Positions 1-9,390 of a DNA stretch of 64,000 nucleotides are shown here, piece by piece; the first letter of the stretch is position 1; every line of letters starts with the position of its first letter. The notes beneath the pieces were generated by a model. The model had not been told where the DNA came from. It did no database searches and saw nothing but the letters and a program-made list of their open reading frames with translations. A program made the translations under genes and the position numbers. Origin of the DNA: Squalus acanthias (taxonomy: Eukaryota); assembly GCA_030390025.1 (NCBI GenBank), contig CM059432.1, forward strand, positions 45,696,001 through 45,760,000, written 5' to 3'.

Positions 1-1285
1 GGGTATAGAATCTTCAGGCGAGACAGAGGGGGTGTAAAAGAGGAGGGGGTGTCGCAATATTAATCAAGGAGTCAATTACTGCTGTAAGGAGGGATGATAT
101 CTTAGCAGGTTCCTCTAATGAGGCCATATGGGTAGAACTTAAAAACAAAAAGGGGGCAAGCACTTTGCTGGGAGTGTACTATAGGCCCCCAAACAGTCAG
201 GGGGAGATAGAGGAACAGATATGCAGGCAAATCTCAGAGAAGTGTAGAAATAATAGGGTAATAATAGTAGGGGATTTCAACTTCCTCAATATTAACTGGG
301 ATAGTCAGAGTGTGAAAGGCTTAGAGGGTGCGGAGTTCTTAAAGTGCATCCAGGAGAGCTTTTTGAGCCAGCATGTAAAAAGTCCTACAAGAGAGGGGGC
401 GGTACTGGATCTAATTCTAGGGAATGTAGCCGGGCAAGTGGCAGAATTGTCAGTAGGAGAGCATTTTGGTGACAGTGACCATAATTCAGTGAGATTTAAG
501 GTAGTCATGCAAAAGGACAAAGATGGACCGGAAATAAAGGTTCTAAATTGGGGGAAGGCCGATTTTAATATGACAAGGCAGGATCTGGCCTCTGGCCAAA
601 GTGGACTGGGATCAGCTACTTGTAGGAAAATCCACATCAGAGCAGTGGAGTCTTTCAGAAAGGAAATAGAGAGAGTACAATGCCAACATGTTCCTGTAAA
701 GGTCAAGGGTGGGACCAACAAGCCCAGGGAACCCTGGATGTCAAGGGATATACAAGAATGGATTAGGAAAAAAAGGGAGGCTTTTGGCAGATACAAAGGA
801 CTAAAAACAGTGGAAGCCCTAGAGGAGTATAGGAAGTGCAGGGGTGTACTTAAAAAAGAAATTTGGAGAGCGAAGAGGGGGCATGAAAATACACTGGCGG
901 GCAAAATAAAGGAAAATCCCAAGGTGTTTTATAAGTATATTAAGGGCAAGAGGATAACCAGGGAAAGAGTAGAGCCCATTGGAGACCAAAGTGGCAATCT
1001 GTGTGTAGAGCCGGAAGATGTAGTTGAGGTTTTAAATGAATATTTTGCATCTGTGTTCACTATGGAGAAGGACGATGTAGGCATAGAAATCAGGCAGGGG
1101 GATTGTGATATACTTGAACAAATTAGTATTGAGAGAGAGGAGGTACTAACGGTTTTAGCGGGCTTAAAAGTGGATAAATCCCCAGGCCCAGACGAGATGT
1201 ATCCCAGGCTGCTGTATGAGGCAAGGGAGGAGATTGCAGGGGTTCTGACACAAATTTTCAGAACCTGTCTGGCCACAGGGGAGGT

Positions 1286-2169
1286 CAAAATTGAGAGGTC
1301 GCACAACACCAGGTTATAGTCCAACAGTTTTATTTTAAATCACAAGCTTTCGGAGTTACAACTCCTTCGTCGGGTGAAGTGAGGAGATACAGAATCGTCA
1401 AAGCATATATAGATAGAGAACAATGCATGTGTAACTTACAATTGCAGACAACTGAATTCAATCATCCTGACTGTTTATCTGCCGAGGTGTGATAAAGTTA
1501 ATCAGGTCAGCCAGGAAGGTACCACATCAAAGACATAGCAAGATACAACTGAGACAATGAGGTGGAGTCGCATGGGGTCTAACGTGTCAAAAGCTGCCGT
1601 CTGTATGTAAAACGATTAACTTTTAAAATTTTTACTTTTTTACTGGGAATCACATCTGTGAACAAGCCAACGACGACTCGAGTCCGGATCACGTCATGTA
1701 TCGTGACATAAACCCAAGATCCCGATTGAGACCGTCTTCATGAGTGCGGAACTTGGCTATCAGTTTCTGCTCGATGATTTTGCGTTGTCGTGTTTTCCTA
1801 AGGCCGCCTTGGAGAATGCTTACCCGCAGATCCGAGGCTGAATGTCCTTGACTGCTGAAGTGTTCCCCGACTGGGAGGTAACAATCCTGCCTGGCGATTG
1901 TTGCGCGGTGCTCGTTCATACGTTGTCTCAGTGTCTGCATGGTCTCGCCGATGTACCATGCCGCGGTGCATTCTTTCCTGCAACGTATTAGGTAGACAAC
2001 GTTGGCCGAGTCACATGAGTATGTACCATGTACCTGGTGGGTAGTGTCCTCACGTGTGATGATGGTATCTGTGTTGATGATCTGGCATGTCTTGCAGAGT
2101 TTGCCGTGGCAGGGTTGTGTGGTGTCGTGGTCGCTGTTATCCTGAAAGCTGGGTAATTTGCTGCGAACG
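1286..2169 (-). mobile_element. 5'-truncated Penelope-like element (Neptune type) with intact GIY-YIG endonuclease
   Basis: ORF ending at 1689: Cys linker PCHGKLCKTC, NVVYLIRC...WYIGET...LRQRMNEH...GLN; 11-bp TSD ACAGGGGAGGT at 1275-1285 and 2170-2180. Confidence 0.92.
1340..1377 (-). ncRNA. minimal type I hammerhead-ribozyme-like motif in the Penelope 3' end (variant core)
   Basis: Minus strand UCAC-CCGACGA-A-GGAG(uuguaa)CUCC-GAA-AGCU-U-GUGA; stems I and II plus palindromic stem III; core has C where U4 is expected. Confidence 0.6.
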
Positions 2170-3651
2170 ACAGGGGAGGTGCCAGAGGACTGGAGAACAG
2201 CTAACGTAGTCCCATTATTCAAAAAGGGTAGTAGGGATAAACCAGGGAATTACAGGCCGGTGAGCCTAACATCAGTGGTAGGGAAATTATTGGAAAAAAT
2301 TCTGAGGGACAGAATTAGTCTCCACTTGGAGAGGCAAGGATTAATCAAGGATAGTCAGCATGGCTTTGTCAGGGGGAGATCATGTCTAACCAATTTGATT
2401 GAATTTTGAGAGGGGGTGACTAGGTGTGTGGATGAGGGTAGTGCAGTTGATGTAGTCTACATGGACTTCAGTAAGGCTTTTGTCAAAGTCCCACATGGGA
2501 GACTGGTCAAGAAGGTAAGAGCCCATGGGATCCAGGGCAATTTACAATCCAAAATTGGCTTAGGGGCAGGAGGCAGAGGGTGATGGTTGAAGGTTGTTTT
2601 TGTGACTGGAAGCCTGTGTCCAGTGGTGTACCGCAGGGATTGGTGCTGGGTCCTTTGCTGTTTCTAGTGTACATTAATGATTTAGATATGAATGTAGGAG
2701 GTATGATCAGTAAGTTCGCCGATGACACGAAAATTGGTGGAGTGGTAAATAGCGAGGAGGGAAGCCTCAGGCTACAGGACGATATAGACGGGTTGGTTAG
2801 ATGGGCAGAACAGTGGCAAATGGAATTTAACCCTGAAAAGTGTGAGGTGATGCATTTTGGGAGGACTAACAAGGCAAGGGAATACACAATGAATGGTAGG
2901 ACCCTAGGAAGGACAGAGGATCAGAGGGACCTTGGTGTGCATGTACATAGATCCCTGAAGGCAGCAGGACAGATAGATAAGGTGGTTAAAAAGGCATATG
3001 GGATACTTACCTTCATTAGCCGAGGCATAGAATATAAGAGCAGGGAGGTTATGATGGAGCTGTACAAAATGGTAGTTAGGCCACAGCTGGAATACTGTGT
3101 GCAGTTCTGGTCGCCACACTATAGGAAGGATGTGATTGCATTGGAGAGGGTGCAGAGGAGATTCACCAGGATGTTACCTGGGCTGGAGCGCTTCAGCTAT
3201 GAAGAGAGACTGGACAGGCTGGGGTTGTTTTCCTTAGAGCAGAGCTGAGGGGGGACCTGATTGAGGTGTACAAAATTGAGGGGAATAGATAGGGTAGATA
3301 GAAAGGAACTTTTCCCCTTAGCAGAGGGGTCAATAACCAGGGGGCATAGTTTCAAGGTAAGGGGCTGGAGGTTTAGAGGGGATTTGAGGAAAAACTTTTT
3401 CACCCAGAGGGTGGTTGGAATCTGGAACTCACTGCCTGAAAGGGTGGTAGAGGCAGGAACTCTCACAACATTCAAGAAGCATTTAGATGAGCACTTGAAA
3501 CGCCATAGCATACAAGGCTACGGACCAAGTGCTGGAAAATAGGATAAGAATAGACAGAGCTTGATAGAATAGACAGAGCTTGATGGCCGGCACGGACACG
3601 ATGGGCCGAAGGGCCTCTTTCTGTGCTGTATAACTCTATGACTCTATGACT

Positions 3652-3995
3652 AAAACCAAAACAATTGTCTTCAACTCCCAGCACCAACACTGTACCCTTG
3701 CCACCATTTCCATCCCCCTCCCTGACCACTGTCTCAGGTTGAACCAGACTATTCGCAACCTCAACGTCTTATTTGTCCCCCCAGCCACCAAGTTGAGCTT
3801 CCGACCCCATATCCTCTCCATTACAAATACTGTTTACTTCCACCTTCGTAGCATCATCCGTCTCTGCCCCTGCTTCAGCCCATCTTCTACTGAAACCCTC
3901 CTCCATTCCTATGTCACCTTCAGACTCAACTATTCCAACGTTCTCCTGTCCGGCCTCCCATCCTCCACCCTCCATAAACTTCAGTTCATCCAAAC
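3652..3995 (+). mobile_element. L2-type LINE RT C-terminal fragment
   Basis: KTKTIVF...IRNLNVLF...YFHLRSI...ETLLHSYVTFRLNYSNVLLSGLP...LHKLQFIQ resembles L2 ORF2. Confidence 0.75.
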
Positions 3996-5226
3996 GATTG
4001 TGTAACAGACTTTGCCAAACATTTTGCCACCCGAGATCTTCACACTTCTAGAAAAGTTGGAACTGCAATTGCTCAGCCAGACAGTCGTATTCCCACATTC
4101 TCAATTTCTTTATGCAGAGAGATGTTAGAGCATGAAATACTTTGTGACAGGAAGTAGTTGAGTCAGACAACATGGAGTGGAAATTAATTTCTGCCCGTTT
4201 TCGGGCCTGAAATAGGCGGCGCGCTTGAATTGCGCGTCAGACGCTCACCCAGAATTGGGCCTCGGGCCTCATTAGAGTATTGTTGACAAGCTACGGAAGT
4301 GAATTGGTCATCCAGAGGCTTTTAGATCAAAATATTTGCTTCTACATCAACCTTCTCATTTAAAAATATATAGTTGGTATTGACTACTGTAGGAACGGCT
4401 GAAATTAGGGGCCCAACTTTACCAGCTCTCTCCTCAAAGAATAAAAATATTAGCCAAGAGCTCTACCAAACTGGAGAACCCATACCTTATGAAAGAAACT
4501 GGAGAAAAAATAGACATCTAGCAAGTCAAAAAATGATTTACATGCAAGTCAAATTTAAATATTTTTGTAGCTGGAAACAATCTGCAAAGAAAATGCAGGA
4601 CTACAGTGGAGCTTTGCACCTTTATAAAACTTATCAAAACAACATCTGTAACCTGCAATTATCTTAAAATACAAACTAATTAAATAATTCTAAATATTTC
4701 CTTTGAACCGTTTCACTGATTTCATCATGGAATACTTTATCAGTTTTCTTTTCAGAAAAATCCTTGAAATATTAGCATATTTCCATTAAAACTTCGAAAA
4801 AACTGATAATGTGCATTGATCCTGAGTTACATTGATGCAGAATTTTACATTTGTACATTTAAATCAATCATAACAAAATGTGTGCTACCATTTTGTTATT
4901 TTTGACCATGACTCTTAGGGGTAAAAATTCAGTTGGTTGCGTCTCCCGTTAGCGCCTTAAATGGGCGCTAATGGGGCGTTAAGCCGCTAACGCCCGGGCG
5001 CGGCGCTGTTTGCGCCGCTCGAGAACTTAACTTGAGATTGTGCGGCGGCGCTAAAACTTACCGCTGCGACCACCTGCGCGCGCAGATTGTGACGTCAGTC
5101 CGTGGTGCAACGCCGTTGGGGCGCCCCGGAGCGGAAATTGAGTGGCGCCCCCTGCCTTACCGCCTGGCGCTTCCAACGACCGGAAGACTGGAACGTTATC
5201 AATCGGTCTGGGGCTGGGGGGGGCGC

Positions 5227-5234
5227 TATTTAAA
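5227..5234 (+). promoter_or_regulatory. TATA-like box for the transposase gene
   Basis: TATTTAAA about 200 nt upstream of the ATG, preceded by a G-rich GC-box; a (GA)n tract follows at about 5287-5324. Confidence 0.45.
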
Positions 5235-5429
5235 GGGGGCCTCTTCCTGTCTTTTTCTGTGGTCGACATTTATGCACCACTCGTTCTGAGAGAGAGAGAG
5301 AGATTCGGAGAGAGAGAGAGAGAGACTTCTACATTGACTCAACGCTTTGTGAGGTAGTTTTGCCTAGTTCATCCTAACTTTGCTGCTACTTTCGTTGCTG
5401 TACCTCATTACTTTTCTGGCAAAGAGAAG

Positions 5430-6590
5430 ATGGGGGCTGCAATGATTGGGGGCGTCGTCCTGCTCCAGCTCAATCGGAGCAGAGTGAGACGCAGACAGAG
5501 AGTGGCAATGATGGCCAGACGGAGGAGGCCCATCAGGCGCATGTACAGGAGAGCTTACCCTCCCAGGGTATATCGTGAACAGCTCTCCTACATCCACATG
5601 TCCGAGGAGCTGTGTTTGCGAAGGCTGCGATTCAGCAAGGAGGTGGTCACTGAGCTCTGCCACCTGCTGCAGCCAGATCTGCAGCCTCAGCTGAGGTCCA
5701 GGACGTCTCTGTCGGTGGCAGTGAAGGTCACAGTGGCCTTGAACTTCTACGCCACTGGCTCATTCCAAGCTGCTGTTGGGGACCTCGCCAATATCTCCCA
5801 GTTTGCGGTGCATCGCTGCATCTGGCAGGTCACCAATGCCCTCTTCACAAGGAGACGAGACTTCATCTCCTTCCCTATGACCCCAGACAAGCAGCATGAC
5901 CGTGCTATGGGCTTTGCGAGGGTAGCGGGCTTCCCCATGGTGCAGGGCGCCATTGACTGCACGCATGTGGCTTTGCGTGCTCCGCGAGAGAATGCAGAGG
6001 AGTTCCGGAACAGAAAAGGGTTCCATTCCTTGAATGTGCAGTTGGTCTGTGACCACAGACAGGTGATTCTCGCTGTCAATGCCCACTATCCGGGCAGCTG
6101 CCACGATGCTTTCATCCTGCGCCAGAGTACTGTGGCAGAAATTTTCGAGGCACCGCATCAGCCAGTCGGTTGGCTTCTGGGGGACAAGGGGTACGCATTG
6201 AGCACCTGGCTGATGACACCGCTCCGTGCGCCAAACACCCCTGCTGAGCTGCGGTACCAGGAAAGCCAACAAGCAACGAGGAACATTATTGAGCGCACAA
6301 TCGGCGTGCTCAAACAACGATTCCGCTGTCTGGACCATTCCGGAGGAGCCCTGCAGTACTCGCCTGAGCAAGTTTCCAAATTCGTAGTGGTGTGCTGCAT
6401 GTTGCACAACATGGCAATCCTCAGGACGCAGCCAATGCCACCAGGCCTTGCAGCACCACAAGAGGAGGAGGAGGAAGAGGAGGAACTGGCCGAGGACGAT
6501 GATCAGCAGCAGCACCAAGGCAGGAGGGCAGCCCACAATGGTCAAACTGCAAGGGCCGTCCGTCAACGACTAATAGCAAGCCGCTTCTAG
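5430..6590 (+). CDS. Harbinger (HARBI1-like) DDE transposase, 386 aa, uninterrupted
   Basis: Motifs GAIDCTHV, PGSCHDAFIL, LLGDKGY, IERTIGVLKQRFRCL, CCMLHN; N-terminal HTH-like region; acidic C-terminal tail. Confidence 0.95.
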   Translation: MGAAMIGGVVLLQLNRSRVRRRQRVAMMARRRRPIRRMYRRAYPPRVYREQLSYIHMSEELCLRRLRFSKEVVTELCHLLQPDLQPQLRSRTSLSVAVKVTVALNFYATGSFQAAVGDLANISQFAVHRCIWQVTNALFTRRRDFISFPMTPDKQHDRAMGFARVAGFPMVQGAIDCTHVALRAPRENAEEFRNRKGFHSLNVQLVCDHRQVILAVNAHYPGSCHDAFILRQSTVAEIFEAPHQPVGWLLGDKGYALSTWLMTPLRAPNTPAELRYQESQQATRNIIERTIGVLKQRFRCLDHSGGALQYSPEQVSKFVVVCCMLHNMAILRTQPMPPGLAAPQEEEEEEEELAEDDDQQQHQGRRAAHNGQTARAVRQRLIASRF

Positions 6591-6701
6591 GGCCCCTGCC
6601 AGTGCTACAAACACGAATCAACCCAGCACGCAACCCCTAAGCCGGCCAAGGCACCAATAATTCCAACCACCAGCCATGTATATTTTGAATACAGAAACTT
6701 A

Positions 6702-6857
6702 TTTATTGTACAAACTCTGTGTGTGTCAATTCCTCATGACAAACTCATAGAAATAAACACAAAAAAACAGTCAATAACATAACTGGTTCTCACAACCTGG
6801 AGATAATGTCCAAAACACTAAACAAAAGTTGGGCCATGAACCTCGGCCTTTAATAAA
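6702..6857. terminator. convergent polyA signals between the two Harbinger genes
   Basis: Minus-strand AATAAA at 6702-6707; plus-strand AATAAA at 6752-6757 and 6852-6857. Confidence 0.55.
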
Positions 6858-6884
6858 AAAATGACCAGCATTTTGGCACACCTC

Positions 6885-7952
6885 CTACTTTTTGCCCTTC
6901 GAGGGTGATCTCCTTCCCTTGCGCACTTCCCCCCTTCTAACCCTACTGCTCCTCCGTAATGGGACCTCAGTGGCTGCAGCAAGGCTGGTGGAAGGCTGCT
7001 GCTTGTCAGACCCTGACACTGCAGATGCCCCTGAAGGACGGCCTCGACCACTTCTGGGCCTGGAGGGCCCGGCTGCAGACTGCACCAACTCTGCATGGGC
7101 GGCAGCAGTCTGTCCTACAGGCGGTGGCAAGTGCAGTGGAGAAGTGACAGTGTTGGCAGCAGGAATGCTGTCATCGTGAGAGAGGACAGCAACTCCCTGC
7201 TCGCCCGACACACTGGCACTCCCACGGGGCAGCACTTCAGCATCCGGAGCAATTTGCCTGAGAACAGATTGCTGGCCTGCTGCGGCGCGGTGACAGCCCC
7301 GGGGACATGTGCACGAACCATCGAGGATGGCAGCAGTCAGTGCTCGCGTGGCCTCAATCTGAGTCTGCATGAGAGCAGGCTCAGATGGGTTCCTGGCAGC
7401 CAGTGACTGAATTGCAGCAGTAAGCTTTAGTGTGGCATCCGCCTGTGCTACAGCGAAGTGCTCCACACTCCTTGCCAGTGCCTCAATGCATTCGGGCACC
7501 CTTCCCACTGCACCCATGAGCTCAGTGTGCATGACCACCGCCTGGCTGTTCATTTCTGCAATCAGCCGCTCCTCCTCTGCGTCCATTGCATTAGGAGTGT
7601 CTGGCATACTCTCCCTCTGGGGAGAAGGCTCCCGTTCTTCCCTCCCCCCCCCCATGGCGTTGCTGCAGCCCGCTGGGTCCTGGAACTTCACCATCATCAG
7701 CCCCTTCCCCCCTGCTCCCCCGTTCTTCCCTCCCCCCCCCATGGCGTTGCTGCAGCCCGCTGGGTCCTGGAACTTCACCATCATCAGCCCCTTCCCCCCT
7801 GCTCCCCTCCGGGGAAGGCGTGTTCCCAGTGTGGCCATGGGCTTCCTCGGGAGAGGGTGGCACTGATGCTCCGGCTTCCTCTTCCTCCTCAGCTGCAGCA
7901 TCACTCCCAGTGGCAGCTTCAGGGACCATCTCCTCAGCTGGTGAATCACCAT
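6885..7952 (-). CDS. Harbinger Myb-like protein, exon 3 (apparent +1 frameshift at the C10 run 7644-7653)
   Basis: ctttcag|AT GGT GAT (phase 1) gives acidic DGDSPAEEMVPEAATGSDAAAEEEEE; with 9 G instead of 10 the frame continues through REEREPSPQ... to the basic tail ...RKGRRSPSKGKK* at 6885. Confidence 0.75.
   Translation of the reverse strand: MVIHQLRRWSLKLPLGVMLQLRRKRKPEHQCHPLPRKPMATLGTRLPRRGAGGKGLMMVKFQDPAGCSNAMGGGGKNGGAGGKGLMMVKFQDPAGCSNAMGGGREEREPSPQRESMPDTPNAMDAEEERLIAEMNSQAVVMHTELMGAVGRVPECIEALARSVEHFAVAQADATLKLTAAIQSLAARNPSEPALMQTQIEATRALTAAILDGSCTCPRGCHRAAAGQQSVLRQIAPDAEVLPRGSASVSGEQGVAVLSHDDSIPAANTVTSPLHLPPPVGQTAAAHAELVQSAAGPSRPRSGRGRPSGASAVSGSDKQQPSTSLAAATEVPLRRSSRVRRGEVRKGRRSPSKGKK
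7631..7807. repeat. 87/88-bp tandem duplication in Myb-gene exon 3
   Basis: Two near-identical units differing in C-run length (10 versus 9). Confidence 0.9.
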
Positions 7953-8111
7953 CTGAAAGCAGGGAGGTACAAGAGTGGCTTTAGCGTGAGGACAGGGTGG
8001 CAGTAAGGGAGGAATAAGTGCAGCGAGTTAGCAAGTTGGATTGAAAGTGTCAAAGGCTGGTATTGTGAGGGACAAGTGGAAGGACAGAGGACAAAAAGGT
8101 GATGACCTTAC

Positions 8112-8274
8112 CATTGCTGTCCACAACGGGGTCGGCGTCTCCAGTGGCGACGGGACCGATCACCCGGCTTGCCACAATCCTGTGGACGCGCTCCTCCAGA
8201 TCGCTGAGGGGTTGCAGCTGAAGCCGCCCTCCACCCGTCCGTTGCTGCTGTCTCCGATTATGAGCCAGCTTAGC
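8112..8274 (-). CDS. Harbinger Myb-like protein, exon 2
   Basis: tttttcttgcag|GCT AAG ...; AKLAHNRRQQQRTGGG (the RTGGG motif is typical of this family); donor AAT G|gtaagg; 163 nt. Confidence 0.88.
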
Positions 8275-8301
8275 CTGCAAGAAAAAGGACAGCATCTGAG
8301 T

Positions 8302-8410
8302 CAATATACAGCCATGGTCTTGCCTGATGTGCCTCCCATAGGTGAATAGCCCTTACAATATACAGCCATGGTCTTGCCTGATGTGCCTCCCATAGGTGAA
8401 TAGCCCTTAC
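8302..8410. repeat. perfect 54-bp tandem duplication in Myb-gene intron 1
   Basis: caatatacagccatggtcttgcctgatgtgcctcccataggtgaatagccctta x2, starting at 8302 and 8356. Confidence 0.95.
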
Positions 8411-8558
8411 TGTATGCAAAGTGTGGAATGTGTGTGTGTGTTTGATGAAAGGGCCATAGGTGTTGGATGAGTGTTGTGCATTGGGGTTTTAAGACCCTCT
8501 GGCCATAGAGTGAGGTTGAGATGGAGGGATGGAGAGGTATTGAGAAAAAGCCACTCAC

Positions 8559-8795
8559 CCTGACGACCCGAGTGAGGTCGTTGAACTTTTTGCGGCACTG
8601 GACATGGGTCCTGGGCACCATGCTCCTGGAGGAGACGCTCTGAGCCACCTCCCTCCACACTCTTCTGAACTCGCGTGGCAAAGGCCTCCTGCCACTCTCT
8701 GGGAACAGCATGCATCGTCTGCGCTCCACTGCGTCAACCAGAGCATCCAAGGCCCGCTCGGTGAAGCGATGAGCGCGTTCTCTCACCCTCTCCAT
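8559..8795 (-). CDS. Harbinger Myb/SANT-like DNA-binding protein, exon 1
   Basis: Kozak-like gccaagcATGG; RAHRFTERALDALV...VWREVAQSVS...RTHVQCRKKFNDL (Myb/SANT trihelix); donor AGG|gtgagt. Confidence 0.9.
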
Positions 8796-9390
8796 GCTTG
8801 GCAGCAAAATGGATTACAGGTCTCTCCAGGCTGAGATTCAAGGCTGCAATGAGCAGGGTGTGGCTGGGGAGCAAGTGGCCCCCCCCGCTTTAAGAAGTGT
8901 CCGGCGCCAGTGTGTCTGTGTTCCCTCGCTAACTGGCAGCAGCTGCGCTGCGCTCGTGCGCTGAGTTAGCGCCTCACTCCTAGGCCTTTGCGCCTTAAGA
9001 GAGGTGTGCAGCGCCTAATTTAGCGCTCCACTCACCTCCCGGGGCGGTAAAAGTGAAGTTTCCTGTCAGTGCCGATAATTAGCGCCAGGCGCTAATGTTT
9101 GCGCGCGGACGATATTTGCGCCCCAAATGGGGCGCGACCTAATTTCTACCCCTTAGAGTTCAGACATGTCTCTGATTAGGCCACAAAACTCCATATTGTG
9201 TAACAGTCTGCTTATGACACATTGAGAAAATGATCTGCATGGTTAATGTTTTCTAGTAATTGATTTTTTTCAACTTACGCATTGGGTAAGTTAGTGTTGA
9301 AGCTGTTTCCACTCCATGATTTCACATCCACTGATTTGAAAGAAAATGGACATACCAGAATTCAGGATCAACTTGGATCATGGAGATATG

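Larger units (their letters stand above)
1..3651 (+). mobile_element. CR1 LINE (HER1-type tail), ORF2 endonuclease-RT with frameshifts, interrupted by a Penelope element
   Basis: GVYYRPP, VGDFN, DSDHN endonuclease motifs; PGPD, YRPVSLTS, SGVPQG, KFADDTK RT motifs; 3' tail gggccgaagggcc...(actctatg)n. Confidence 0.93.
4918..9152 (+). mobile_element. full-length PIF/Harbinger DNA transposon (4235 bp)
   Basis: TTA TSD at 4915-4917 and 9153-9155; TIR GGGGTAAAAATT versus reverse complement GGGGTAGAAATT; CpG-rich subterminal regions; two convergent genes (DDE transposase and Myb/SANT protein). Confidence 0.95.

Noticed and set aside
305..1324. Antisense ORFs over LINEs (here and at 2507, 36635, 58761, 59564 and elsewhere)
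   Set aside because: They are shadow frames of CR1 ORF2 with no independent coding signal.
5430..6590. Domesticated host gene HARBI1
   Set aside because: The ORF is intronless and enclosed by TIRs and a TSD with a Myb partner gene, which indicates a transposon.
6885..7952. Standalone 355-aa gene as given in the ORF track
   Set aside because: Its ATG sits on the exon 3 splice acceptor and is out of phase with exon 2; the N-terminal part is an off-frame reading joined to the true C-terminus by the G10 run.
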